64,000 bases of DNA from Macrostomum hystrix (GCA_950097015.1 CATNEN010000041.1:2914001-2978000); one strand, 5' to 3'. Counted from the first letter of the stretch, positions 26,381-39,751 are shown. Made by a program: numbers and translations. The notes: generated from the sequence alone by a model not told the origin.

Positions 26381-27712
26381 TCAGTCTTCAGTCCGCAGCG
26401 CCAGCCGAAGGCCATGTCTCTCCAAGCAGTCAGCGGGCATACAGAAGGCGGGATCGATGGTCTTAAGGCGGTCGCCGCCCAGCCGCAGCAGGGAGGCGCC
26501 CGCCAGGCCGAACAGGGTGTGGAACGGGTCGCAGAGGTCGCCGGGCCGGTCGGCGATGCCGCCAGCCTCGGGGTCCTGGGCGGCGCAGACGAAGCGCAGC
26601 AGCCGCTCGCCGGAGATCCAGGACAGCCGGCCCAGCATGGCCAGGGAGGCCAGCACCCACCAGGAGTAGCACACGTCAGGCAGCTTCTCCGGCCGGCCGT
26701 TCAGTCCGCCGCTGGCCAGCTGCCGCTCCGCCAGCCACAGCGCCGTGCGGTCCGCGTCCAACTCGTGCAGCCGGCCTAGGATAGTCAGGGCGCCCACGCA
26801 GCAGTACACCTGCCAGGGCGGAGCCAATCTTTAGTCTCCCACCTGTCTGATCCCCAGTTAAGCAGGCACCTCCCACCTGTCCTATCCCCAGTTGAGCAGT
26901 CAGCTCCCACCTGTCTGACCCCCAGTTGAGCAGTCAGCTCCCACCTGTCCCATCCCCAGTTGAGCAGTCAGCTCCCACCTGTCCCATCCCCAGTTGAGCA
27001 GTCAGCTCCCACCTGTCCCGAGTGTGACTCGCTACCAGGCCGGGTGCCGAAGCCGCCGTCCCAGTTGGCGCATGCCAGGACGAAGTCGCCGGCCGCACGG
27101 ACGTCGACCAATTCTGCGAGACGGTCGCCGAGGCCCAGCAGGAACAGCGCGGCCAGGGCGCAGAAGCTGAAGCGGGTGTCCACCTCGCCCCATTTGTCGC
27201 CCTGGAAGCTGCCATCCGGGCGCTGTAGGCCGCGGACAAAAGCAGCGATGGCCTCCGAGTCCAGCGAGTCCCGCAGGTCGAACAGCAGGGCTACCTGGGG
27301 TGGGAGAAATCGATCACAGGAAAACGTAACAATTCTCATCTCAGGATCATTTGAGGTCTCCGAGCCCGTCCAGACCCACCTGCACTGCACTGAGTGTGTA
27401 CAGCAGGTGGCTGTCGTGACCTGGCGCCGGTCCGAAGCCACCGTCCGGCCTGGCGCAGTCGCGCAGGAAAGCGGCCGCGTCCATCCGCTGCCGCAGGTCG
27501 GGCAGGCGGCCCAGGAGGTCCAGGGCGCTGGCCGTCCAGTACAGACCGGACATTCGCAGGTACTCGGTCATCACGTACTCGTAGTTGTCCTCGCTGCTGC
27601 AGTACTGCAGCAGGAACTCCGCGTGCTTCTCGGGCAGCAGCTGGCTCGGCACCTCAGCCGGCAGCGTGATGTCGGTGGCCGGGCGGTGCTGCGGGACGGG
27701 TGGAAACGGCAT
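26381..27712 (-). CDS. RABGGTB: Geranylgeranyl transferase type-2 (Rab GGTase) beta subunit; exons 27712-27380, 27294-27013, 26809-26381; ~347 aa
   Basis: [56 protein letters not shown]|[48 protein letters not shown]. All junctions GT-AG, phase 0. Confidence 0.96.
26836..27020 (-). repeat. Intronic 34-bp minisatellite made of splice-donor copies (gacag|gtggga), 6 units including the real donor
   Basis: ctcccacctgtc at about 26836, 26870, 26904, 26938, 26972, 27006. Confidence 0.95.
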
Positions 27713-27774
27713 TGTCAACAAATGCAGAGTAACCGCCCGGCAACCGCATAGCAATCGCTATAGATAATAGCAGC

Positions 27775-28130
27775 AGAGCTACCGCACAAAACCCACAGAG
27801 GTACCACTCGAAACCCACAGAGCTACCACTCGAAACCCACAGAGCTACCACTCGAAACCCACAGAGCTACCACTCGAAACCCACAGAGCTACCACTCGAA
27901 ACCCACAGAGCTACCACTCGAAAACCACAGAGCTACCACTCGAAACTCGCATAGCAACCACATGAAACCCAAAGAGCTGCCACACGAAACCCACAGAGCT
28001 GCCACTCGAAACCCACAGAGCTACCACACGAAACCCACAGAGCTGCCACTCGAAACCCACAGAGCTACCACACGAAACCCACAGAGCTGCTACACGAAAC
28101 CCACAGAGATGCCACTCGAAACCCGCATAG
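27775..28130. repeat. Minisatellite, 22-bp unit gagctaccactcgaaacccaca, upstream of RABGGTB
   Basis: Tandem copies. Confidence 0.9.
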
Positions 28131-28164
28131 AAACCACTAAGCAACTGATAAACTCGCATAGTAA

Positions 28165-28905
28165 CTGAAATAGAACTCAGAGACCTCAGATGTGCCAGGC
28201 AGTTCAATGCTTCAGAGACCTCAGATGTGCCAGGCAGTTCAATGCCTCAGAGACCTCAGATGTGCCGGGCAGTTCAATGCCTCAGAGACCTCAATTGTGC
28301 CAGGCAGTTCAATGCCTCAGAGACCTCAGTTGTGCCGGGCAGTTCAATGCCTCAGAGATCTCAGTTGTGCCGGGCAGTTCAATGCCTCAGAGATCTCAGT
28401 TGTGCCAGGCAGTTCAATGCCTCAGAGACCTCAATTGTGCCAGGCAGTTCAATGCCTCAGAGACCTCAGTTGTGCCGGGCAGTTCAATGCCTCAGAGACC
28501 TCAGATGTGCCAGGCAGTTCAATGCCTCAGAGACCTCAGATGTGCCAGGCAGTTCAATGCCTCAGAGACCTCAGATGTGCCAGGCAGTTCAATGCCTCAG
28601 AGACCTCAGATGTGCCAGGCAGTTCAATGCCTCAGAGACCTCAGATGCGCCAGGCAGTTCAATGCCTCAGAGACCTCAGTTGTGCCGGGCAGTTCAATGC
28701 CTCAGAGACCTCAATTGTGCCAGGCAGTTCAATGCCTCAGAGACCTCAATTGTGCCAGGCAGTTCAATGCCTCAGAGACCTCAGTTGTGCCAGGCAGTTC
28801 AATGCCTCAGAGACCTCAGTTGTGCCGGGCAGTTCAATGCCTCAGAGACCTCAATTGTGCCAGGCAGTTCAATGCCTCAGAGATCTCAGTTGTGCCGGGC
28901 AGGTC
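28165..28905. repeat. Minisatellite, 35-bp unit ttcaatgcctcagagacctcagatgtgccaggcag
   Basis: 35-aa period (3 units) in the overlapping ORFs. Confidence 0.95.
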
Positions 28906-29904
28906 AGTTCAGTTTCGACAGGAACAAAATAAAGACAATTTTATCGGCTGATTCCGACGAAGAAAAAATGGAACCCTATATTACTAAAGGAAATTGCTTA
29001 GAAAAGGGAATTAATGGCGTACATTTTACGAATAGTTTAACTAGAAAACTTTGATGAGATGAAATAAACTAAAGAACTCACCCGGATCAGTGAATAGCAC
29101 TTGATAAATAACTTTAGCGCCCAGGTGGAGGGCTAGAATGAGTTTATTAACCAAACGGAGCATAGAATGGAAGGCATCAGCATGCGCAGGTCAACACCGT
29201 ATATATCAAAGTAGCAACAAAGACTTGTGTGGTGTGGGTTACAAAAATTCGGAGAGCAGCTGCCCCAACTCCATCTAATGGCAAGAGCTACAGAGAACTG
29301 AGTTAGCATTGAGAATACGCAGAATACATGCGAATAGCGGACAGCTGGTAAGACACAAAGACTGCATGCCGATTGCTAAAAATGAGGCCGCAATACTTGT
29401 AAAAACTGCACAACAGCATAAATAGAAGCTGCAAAATAGCTGCAGTTTGTTTGTTATTATGCAAGGACAGACAATAAACACGGAAGACTAGCACGGTTAG
29501 GCGTCAAAAATGTACTTTTAGCGCTGCAAAAAGGCCTGCGCAGAGTTTGGTAAACAAATGAAAAAACTGCGTAAAATTCTGAACTTGCCTCTGCCATACT
29601 ACTGAAAAAGGTAGTAATCTCAGCAACTAACATTTGTATGCGAATTGTCAGCAGAATCAGATGTACACATAACTAGGTACATCACAAAGTAAGCACTAGA
29701 TTCTCTCCTACTTTTTAAAACAAAATAATTGAATAATCAGCAAAGTCTCCGAACGCGATTGCTCAAATGAATCACACTTCATGAAATCACTGAAAACCAG
29801 CAAATCGAAAAGTTTCTCCGATGAAAACGACCAATTTTACCAGTTCATCAAAGACTATGAAGGGAATGACCGGATGATCGCCCCCTTCCCCGCCAGTCCC
29901 CGAG

Positions 29905-32900
29905 TCACACGCAGCTCTCGCCGGAGTGCGGCTTGCGGGCTCGCAGGAGGCCGCCGAGTCCCAGCGGGCCGAGCAGCCGGCGGCAGAGGCTGAGGCGGTG
30001 GCGGTGCAGCAGCTTGGACAGCTCGGAGATCCAGAACACGCTGGAGCTCAGGCTGAGCAGGAACAGCAGGTCTGCGATGAGCAGTGAACAATATGATAAA
30101 TATTTCACCTGAATCAGTAACTGAGAAACTGCCCTAAATATTGGGATCTTCAACCTGAAACTTAAAATATTCAACCTGAATCTTAAAATATTTAACCTGA
30201 ATCTTAGAATATTCAACCTGAATCTTAGAATCCTCCACCTAAATCTTATAATCCTCCACCTAAATCTTATAATCCTCCACCTGAATCTTATAATCTTAAA
30301 CCTGAATCTTAGAATCTTCAACCTGAAACTTAAAATATTCAACCTGAATCTTAAAATATTTAACCTGAATCTTAGAATATTCAACCTGAATCTTAGAATC
30401 CTCCACCTGAATCTTAGAATCCTCCACCTGAATCTTAGAATTCTCCACCTGAGTCTTATAATCTTCAACCTCAATCTTAGAATATTCAACCTGAATCTTA
30501 GAATCTTCAACCTGAATCTCACCCAGTGCGGACAGCGCCTCGGTCTGGAAAACAGCCTGGAAGGGCGGGCAGTAGATGACGAGCAGCTGGCCGATGAGGG
30601 ACATGCCCACGGACAGGCAGAAGGCGCGGTTGGTCAGCAGGCCGATCTGGAAGACGGACTTGGACTTTGAGCGGCAGGACAGCGCATTGAACATGTCGAA
30701 CAGCACGAAGCAGGTGAAGGTCATGGTTGTGTCCCGCGGCGTCACCCGGTTGTCGCTCATCTCGCGGTAGAACACGAACAGTGTGCCGGCCACGATGACG
30801 GTGGCGGAGCGGAGGACGCCGAGCAGCATGGTCGGCGGCAGCACTGGCTCCGAAGCGCGTCGAGGCGGCCGGCGCCGAATCTCTGGGTCCAGCGGCTCCA
30901 GGCCGAGCGACTGCGCCGGCGGACCATCCATCAGGATGTTAATCCACAGGATCTGCATGGCGTTCAGCGGGCTCGGCAGGCTGAACAGCGTCGCCATGGC
31001 AACCAGCGACAGGGCGGCCACGCTGGTGGACAGCTGGAAGCGGATGAAGCAGCGGATGTTGTGGAAGATGGCCTTGCCCTCCTCCACCGCGCACAGGATG
31101 GTGCGGAAGCTGTCGTCCGTCAGGATCATGTCAGCCGCCTCCATGGCCACCTCCGTACCCGACAGGCCCATCGCCACGCCGATGTCCGCCGCCTTCAGTG
31201 CCACCGCGTCGTTGACGCCATCTCCTGTCATGGCCACCACCCGGCCGGCCGCCTAAAGAATTTCCGAATTCGATAAAAATCGCTTCATAGACAAAATTGA
31301 GGCGTCTCTGACCAGTTGGAGCTCTTGTAAAACCTCCCGGTGCTCGGTGTCTGCTATTAAAGCCTGATAAGTAGGGTGTCTGCCATCGGGTGTTTGGAAG
31401 GTGGGGCGTCTCTGACCAGTTGGAGCTCTTGTAAAACCTCCCGGTGCTCGGTGTCTGCTATTAAAGCCTGATAAGTAGGGTGTCTGCCATCGGGTGTTTG
31501 GAAGGTGAGGCGTCTCTGACCAGTTAGAGCTCTTGTAAAACCTCCCGGTGCTCGGTGTCTGCTATTAAAGCCTGATAAGTAGGGTGTCTGCTATCGGGTG
31601 TTTGGAAGGTGAGGTGTCTGCCATCGGTTGTTTGGTAGGTGAGGTGTCTGCCATCGGTTGTTTGGTAGGTGAGGTGTCTGCCATCGGGTGTTTGGAATGT
31701 GAGGTGTCTGCCATCGGGTGTTTGGAAGGTGAGGTGTCTGCCATCGGTTGTTTGGAAGGTGAGGTGTCTGCCATCGGGTGTTTGGAAGGTGAGGTGTCTG
31801 CCATCGGGTGTTTGGAAGGTGAGGTGTCTGCCATCGGGTGTTTGGAAGGTGAGGTGTCTGCCATCGGGTGTTTGGAAGGTGAGGTGTCTGCCATCGGGTG
31901 TTTGGAAGGTGAGGTGTCTGCCATCGGGTGTTTGGAAGGTGAGGTGTCTGCCATCGGGTGTTTGGAAGGTGAGGTGTCTGCCATCGGTTGTTTGGAAGGT
32001 GAGGTGTCTGCCATCGGTTGTTTGGAAGGTGAGGTGTCTGCCATCGGGTGTTTGGTAGGTGAGGTGTCTGCCATCGGGTGTTTGGAAGGTGAGGTGTCTG
32101 CCATCGGGTGTTTGGTAGGTGAGGTATCTGCCATCGGGTGTTTGGAAGGTGAGGTGTCTGCCATCGGGTGTTTGGTAGGTGAGGTGTCTGCAATTGGGTA
32201 TCTCGAAGGTGGAGTGTCTGGAAGGTGGGGTCTCCACTTTGCTATGGAGTGTCCTACTTCACGCACTTCAGCTGAGTAGCCTGGTCAGGCCGGCCCACCT
32301 GGAAGGCTCGCACAATTTTGTTCTTGTGCCGCGGGCTGGTCCGGTAGAAAATGCGGGCCTCGGCAATGCGGGCATCACCGGCCGCCATGCCGTCCAGCTG
32401 GTCGCCGCTGATTGGCTGCAGCGGGTCGCCGGCCTCGCAGCCGCCAGCCAGGCCGATCTGTCGCGCCACAGCGCAGGCCGTCTCGGCCGAGTCTCCGGTA
32501 ACCATGGCAACAATCACGCCGGATTCACGCAAGCAGGCGACGGCCTCGCGAACACCGGGCCGCGGTGGGTCCAGCAGGCCGAGGAGGCCGCAGAACACGA
32601 GCCCACCGCTGCCACCACCGTCGGGACGCTCGCAGTTGCCAGCCGCGGCGGCCAGCACGCGAAGGCCGCGGGCGCCCATGCGGGCCGCCTGAGCGGCGAA
32701 GGCGGCTGCCGCTGCTGACGTCATCGGGGCGGGCTGGCCGGAGGGTGCCCAGTAGGAGCCGCAGCGGGAGAGCAGGCGGTCCGGGGCGCCTTTGGCCAGC
32801 AGCAGGGCGGCCTCCTGCGGCTGCTGAGGTGCGCGAAATTTTCCAACGGGCTGCACATGCACTTCGGTAGAGATTTGAAATCGCAGTCCAATGTCCCAGC

Positions 32901-35900
32901 CCCACAGTACTCACAGCCCGCCTCTCGCACTTCACCATCATCACTTTCGTGTCCGAGTTAAACGGCCATTCGTGCAGACGAATGAATTCAGAGCGAAGTC
33001 CGCGAGCATCGAGCTGAGGATGGAGAAAGGGTATTCTCGAGCTGGCAATGACCTAACGAGCGGCTAAGGAGCGGAGGGCAATAACCTAGCGAGTTGCTGA
33101 GGGGAGGGCAAATGACCAACCGAGTTGCTGAGGAGGGGAGGGCAATGACCAACCGAGTTGCTGAGGAGGGGAGGGAAATGACCAACCGAGTTGCTGAGGA
33201 GGGGAGGGAAATGACCAACCGAGTTACTGAGGAGGGGAGGGCAAATGACCTAACGAGCGGCTAAGGAGCGGAGGGCAATGACCAACCGAGTTGCTGAGGA
33301 GGGGAGGGCAATGACCAACCGAGTTGCTGAGGAGGGGAGGGCAAATGACCTACCGAGTTACTGAGGAGAGGAGGGCAATGACCAACCGAGTTGCTGAGGA
33401 GTGGAGGGCAAATGACCTAACGAGCGGCTAAGTAGCGGAGGGCAATGACCAACCGAGTTACTGAGGAGGGGAGGGCAATGACCTACCGAGTTGCTGAGGA
33501 GGGGAGGGCAATGGCCTACCGAGTTGCTGAGGGAAGCGTATGTCCAACAATCGAGGGTCAAAATCATAATGCAAGAAGTAGATATGAGATACTGAGAGCA
33601 TTTTGTCAGCGGCAAGCAGACAGTCTTCATGCAGGCCCCACCTGTCCTCCAGCTAAAGCTGTCTCCAACGCACAGGTTCCTGGGCCGCATTGTTGCTGGG
33701 CAAACAAAGGGACTGATCCAGATCAGCCAGCTGAGAGTCCAGTGCACAGCGGGCTGGCTGGGAGCTGCCAGGACCCACCGCAAAGGTGGCTTGAAGCCTT
33801 CAGTGCGGTCTGTCTAAACATTGCTATCTATTATTGTAGAGAGAACCTGCACAATGCAATAAATTCTTGGCTAAAATCCTTATGACCCACGGAGATCCTT
33901 TGTTAAAAATGTTTTTAACTTTCTTCTGGCAACCGTTGAATTTCTGCAGTGGAGTTTCTGACAATGCGACACACTTGTGGCATTATTAAACCTGCGAAAT
34001 AATCATAATTATGATACTGCTCTATTGACATATGAGCAGGCAAGTCTGCTTTTAATGTGCCTTGTCAGTACATGGGTCTTTGTCAACGGGCCAGCCTCGC
34101 CCTGTCCAGACTCAAACTGTCAAGCATGAGCAAACTTAAACTGTACAGCATGAGCGGACACAAACTGTATAGCATGAGCGGACACAAACTGTATAGCATG
34201 GGCAGACTCACCTTGTCAAGCATGAGCAGACACAAACTGTACAGCATGAGAAAACTGAGAATGTCAAGAATGAACGGACACAAACCGTAAAGCATGAGCG
34301 GACACAAGCTGAATAGCATGAACGGATACAAGCCGCATAGCATGAGCGGACACAAGCCGAATAGCATGAGCGGACACAAACCCAAAAGCATAAGCAGACT
34401 CACCCTGCCAAGCATGAGCAGCAGAGCTGCCTCAGTCGGCTGTCCGAGCACCTGGCCATCGGGCGCCACCTCGGCGTCGTTGCAGGCGGCGCAGACGGCG
34501 CAAAGCCAGCGCAGCGCTGGAGTCGCGCTCGAAAGCGACAGCCGCAGCCGCTGCCCGCCACCGCTGCTGCCTCCGTCGTCAACCGCAAAGCTAAGTCCGT
34601 CAACGTCAGCGGCTAGACCATCGGAGGCTTCAATGCGAGCCACGGTCATCTCGTTCAGCGTGAGAGTGCCAGTCTTGTCGGACAACACCGCCGTCACGCA
34701 GCCCAGCGTCTCCACGGCCGGCAGCCGCTTCACCACGGCGTTCCGCCGGGCCATGCGCATGACGCCGATGGCCAGGGTGACCGTCACCACAATGGGCAGG
34801 CCCTCAGGAATAGCCGCCACCGCCAGGCTGACGCCAATCTGCAGAGTCTCCAGTAGCGGGCGGCCCTGCGCCAGGCCGATGACCACGATGCAGGCGATGA
34901 TGCAGAGGCTGCCGAGGCTAAGCTGTCTGCCCAGGCGGTCCATGCTGCGCTGCAGCGGCGTTCTTGGAGCTTCGGCCTCCTGCATCGCCCGGTAGACGTC
35001 GGCGAAAGCACTGTCACCGCCGGTGGCAACGACAAGGCCGCGGCCGAAGCCGGAGCGGACCAGGGTGCCTGTGAAGGCGCAGTTGGCGCGGCTGCTGAGC
35101 TCGCAGGAGGCCTCGCGAGGCTCCGACGGCAAAGGCGGCTGCAGAGACGATTTGGAACAGCCACTTGAGGAGTCGGCGATCAGCGAGGCCTTGTCAGAGC
35201 AGCCTGCTGCATCGGTGGGAACTGAGGCGGTCTTCAGCACTGGCTCAGTCTCGCCTGAGGGTCAAAGTGAGCATTTGTACTTAAGAATTGGAACTCTGGG
35301 ATCAAGGCAATGCCTTTCTCATATCTAAGTGTGCACTTGTACTTGAGAATTGGAACTCTGGCATCAAGGCAATGCCTTTCTCATATCTAAGTGTGCACTT
35401 GTACTTGAGAATTAGAACTCTGGCATCAAGGTAATGCCTTTCTCATATCTAAGTGTGCACTTGTACTTGAGAATTGGAACTCTGGCATCAAGGTAATGCC
35501 TTTCTCATATCTAAGTGTGCACTTGTACTTGAGAATTGGAACTCTGACATCAAGGTAATGCCTTTCTCAATACTAATGCTATCTAAGCCGGTCTGGCTCA
35601 CCCGTGAAGCTGGACTCGTCGATATGCAGGTCGGCGCACTCCACCAGGCGCAGGTCGGCTGGCACGCGGGAGCCGACGCTAAGCCTCACAAGATCGCCGG
35701 GAACGAGGTCCACGGCGTCCAGACTGCGCAGCTCGCCGCCGCGCACACACTCGCAGCGGTGCGGCAGCAGCCGCTTCAGTGCCGCCAGCGCCCGCTCGGA
35801 GCGCCACTCCTGCACGAAAGCCACGGAGACCACGATGACGATGGCCAGCGAGATGCTGACGGCGTTGTCAAGTTGGCGCATGCACAGACTGGCCAGGGCA

Positions 35901-36163
35901 GAGCATAGCAGCATGGCAATCATTGGGTCGCGGAACTGGCCGAGGTAGCGCTGCCACAGCGGCTCCGGCTGCGGCGCCGGCAGCTCGTTTGGTCCCAGCT
36001 GAAGCAGCCGGCGCTGCGCCTCCGCAAGGGACAAGCCGTCCGCCAAGCTGCTGCCCAGCTGCTCGGCCAAGGATGAAGCGCTTCGCCGACTGGCTTCTGG
36101 CAAGCTCAGCCGCTGCCAGGGGCGCTGCTTCGGCTGCTGCTGCTGCTGAGGCGACGATTCCAT
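29905..36163 (-). CDS. ATP2C1: Secretory pathway Ca2+/Mn2+-ATPase (SPCA/PMR1, P2A-type); exons 36163-35602, 35254-34404, 33013-32915, 32823-32299, 31252-30523, 30071-29905; ~977 aa
   Basis: [18 protein letters not shown], phosphorylation motif [33 protein letters not shown]-type M6 [38 protein letters not shown]. Exon lengths sum to 2934 nt with consistent phases. Strong start context gccgccATGG. Confidence 0.96.
30145..30520. repeat. Intronic 21-bp minisatellite (cctgaatcttagaatcttcaa) abutting the exon-5 donor of ATP2C1
   Basis: Tandem copies; 7-aa period in ORFs. Confidence 0.95.
31299..32235. repeat. Intronic nested repeat: three 104-bp units followed by a 30-bp array (gtttggaaggtgaggtgtctgccatcgggt)
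   Basis: ggcgtctctg at 31301, 31405, 31509; 30-bp unit ~21 copies. Confidence 0.93.
33045..33535. repeat. Intronic ~33-bp minisatellite (gagttgctgaggaggggagggcaatgaccaacc)
   Basis: Tandem copies with variants. Confidence 0.9.
34105..34420. repeat. Intronic ~30-bp degenerate repeat overlapping the ATP2C1 exon-2 donor
   Basis: agcatgagc recurs; second cagactcacc donor copy near 34203. Confidence 0.85.
35270..35575. repeat. Intronic 62-bp repeat, 5 copies
   Basis: gaattggaactctg at 35285, 35347, ... Confidence 0.93.
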
Positions 36164-39100
36164 GGCGGCTGTGGGAGTTTGAGGATTTCCAATCCTTAAC
36201 TAAGCTCATTTGTTTCAGACTTAGTCTGGCTTCTACGAAGGATGAACACTGCACAGCTATGTGGACGACGAGAAATTTTAGTCTTTGCTGAGTAGCATTG
36301 TTGCATAGTTGCTGATTGGCTAATAAAATGCAAGCAATCTGCATCACTTTTCTAACTTAGTCGAATAAATTAGTTTTGTTATTAGGATCAGGATTAGGAT
36401 TAGACATGCAAAAAGCTTAAAGTAGCTAAAGTCAAATAGGAATAAGCATCTAAAAAATCTGGAATAAGTTACATAGAAACTTTATCTTGAAGCATTTATA
36501 ATCGATGGTTATAAAATGAAAGTGTGTCATCACGAACAACACTTCTGTAGTAGCTCTTTGCCAAGCCCAAAAGTAAGCAGTCATAGTTTATTTTCTACAA
36601 TCAGCACACTCATTGCTATTAAACACATATAAAAACTTATTCATAGTAAGATGTTACAAATGTTTTGTAGGATAGGTATAATATTTCCCAGGAAATAATA
36701 AATGCTATAATTTAATATAAATTATCACTTAAAAACTATGATATATTCAATAGATTATAAGAAACATATAAAGGCTTAATTTTGTTAAATACCCAATCAA
36801 AGCTAAATCAAAAGCTATAAAAATAAAGATGTAGCTACCATTGAAAACTCACTATTATATATAAAGTGACAAAGCTGAATAATAAACTCTTGAGGCTAAA
36901 TTTAAAGAATTTTTGATCTTCAAATTCTAAAAAAATATATAGTTGTGTTTAGCCAATAGCCAATAGTATTATTGAATCTTCTTAACTATAATTGGGTATT
37001 CATGAAGCACTATTATAGCTAAAAAATTAAATATTTTAAGCATTTTAATGAGATATGTTCATAGAATTCCATATCATGACCTAACTAGCTAGCTAAATAT
37101 ATGCGAGCACTTAGCAACTCTAGCTAGGTGATCTTTCCATACCAGTGGTAAGTTCCATAAACAGTGTTTAAAGCTAAAGTTGAACAGAAATAAATTACAA
37201 AAAGCATATATTACTGTACAGTTGCTTAGCTTAAATACAAATAATAACACTTTCGCTTCAATATCTCGTGTCAAAGAGTTTGGGAATGTAGTTAAATGGA
37301 TTCGACATTACTATCCACCCATGCTAACTGACCACTAAATCAAATAACTAACGGCCAACTATTACTATTTTTATTCAAGGGATTTACTTGTAAAAAGACA
37401 AAGGGCAATATAGTGGTGGGTGCTACATGATATTTCACTTTACTAATTATGTAGCTCCCCAGAAGGGGCGGTAAGGAATATGAAATGTGAAAGGTGGATG
37501 GGAAAATGAACACAAGCTTCAAGCTGAAAGCCTGCAGCCTGATAAAGTAAAGTGATTAACGGAATTAAAGCTATAGGTAATATGCTGAACTTAAAGTTTG
37601 CAAAGTACAAGAGATGTGTAATATATCATCAATAAAATCGAATGGTATAGTATTTAAATGGATGCAAAAAATAATGACAACGGCCTATCGTTCTGCTAAC
37701 GCAATCAAGTATAATTAAGGTGACGCTAGCATATAATTGCTCTGTTTCGTATAAAAAAGTAAGTTTAAAAGAAGACAAACTTTAAAAACAAGAAAATTAA
37801 AGAAGAGCTAAATAAAATAGCTAAGATTTGTTTTTAAATATGCTAAGAATTTTAACTCTGCCAAAATCCGCCTTTTTATAACACAAACTTGTTTTACTAC
37901 GTAATTATATTGTCCGTTGCAATTTGAAGCCCTGCGCTAATGTGCTGTTAATTAGTAATTGTAATCAAATTTGTGATTTTTGGTAAATATGCATACATTT
38001 ATTACGTTTAAAACATGGGAAATATGTGCACTAAAGTCATATGTCCGTGTTGTAGTCGCATTATACAATAGCCTCTACAAAGGATTAATACTTAACTAGA
38101 CCACTTTAGGCTACTTAACTTATATACGTAATTGCTAGTGGTCCTCGAGCCTGTAATCTAGAATGCTGTTTGCAGGCAGAATACTTAATTTTAATCAATT
38201 GGTTTCTAGGAATTCTAGAAGCCTTGAGACAAGGACTTCTTTATTATTTGTTGCCAGTTGCCAGTTGCCACTTTAAAACGATTTGAAATGTAAGTTTTGC
38301 AATTTTACGAGCGTATTTCAGTTTAACCTGGCACTTTTCAATTTACAGTGTAAATATCAGAATTCCACTTATACCATGTGATGACACTGTGAAAACTAAA
38401 TATTCTTTCTGCCAATTCATTTGAAGAAAGACACAATCTGTAATCTGCAGTTGGGAAAAATCGCACAGGGATACACTGGCCTTCATAACTTTTTATGCCA
38501 AAATTGCACCTAAACTGTGAAGGATTGCATATCCTACTTAGCACACATTGTCGCAAAAAATGAGTACTTGTTAAAAACATTTTGTTTGCGTTGAGTGAGC
38601 AGCAGCGCTAAACAGTTAGGAATATTCAAGTGTTATTTATTCATAGCTTTATTGCAGAACATTTGCAGCACTTGAGAATCTGAATAGAGCAACAGAAAAA
38701 GAGACTTAAGGCGCTGGTTTCATAGAGACGCATTGGGTTTGGGGCCGCGGGCATGCAGTGTAGCACTGCAGCAGTAAGCAAAATATTAATCCATCTAATC
38801 ACAATATCTGTTTTATGGCGGATTAGCCGCTCCTGCCAACTCCGCTTTGATCAAAAGTTAACAAGAAAGCCACCCACAGGATAGTATAGAAGAAAACTAG
38901 ATTCGAAGCCTGGACTACAGTGACAGCAGTTAGGCCAATAAAGGTGCACAAATGATTGAGTTGATGAGATTCGCAGCGACTCAAAGCACAGAGGTGCGAG
39001 CACTGCCCAGTTATCATGGCAAAAACCTGCGCGTTTAAAACTGGCGAGTAGTATGGGCAGAGCATTGCAATAAAAAAAGTGAAGTAGTCCTCCACCGATT

Positions 39101-39282
39101 GGAATGACTTGCGTTGTTGGTGGTTCAGCTGTGCAGGTGCACCGGCCAATCCGGTCCTATTCGTTGCTAAACAGATGCAATACAAGCCGATGGGAAAATT
39201 AAGGCTAACAAGCATGCAGGGGAGACAGCAAGGTTTAGAATTAGTTGAGTGCCTTGCGCTTGTCCGGGCCAAGCCCAACCAG

Positions 39283-39545
39283 GTCTTCAATACTAACTCA
39301 ATGGTCTTCAATACTAACTCAATGGTCTTCAATACTAACTCAATGGTCTTCAATACTAACTCAATGGTCTTCAATACTAACTCAATGGTCTTCAATACTA
39401 ACTCAATGGTCTTCAATACTAACTCAATGGTCTTCAATACTAACTCAATGGTCTTCAATACTAACTCAATGGTCTTCAATACTAACTCAATGGTCTTCAA
39501 TACTAACTCAATCGTCTTCAATACTAACTCAATGGTCTTCAATAG
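39283..39545. repeat. Minisatellite, 21-bp unit ggtcttcaatactaactcaat, ~12 copies
   Basis: Tandem copies. Confidence 0.95.
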
Positions 39546-39751
39546 ATGCTAAATAAGCGCATAAGTCTGACAGGTAGGCAGTAAATCCTAGAGCTCACTG
39601 ACAGTCTTCTTAACTGATGTGAGCTGTTATCGATTGAATCGAACTCAGGACCTTCCCTATCAAATTAAAACCCTGCATGAACTAAGCCTATGTGTTAAAA
39701 CAAGAAAATGGTGGGCTCAAATTTGATTCCAATTTAAATCCCAGTTAGTCT

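Noticed and set aside
38823-39290. Unique part of the 239-aa minus ORF
   Set aside because: The ORF start lies in a 21-bp repeat; no recognisable motif or GC3 bias
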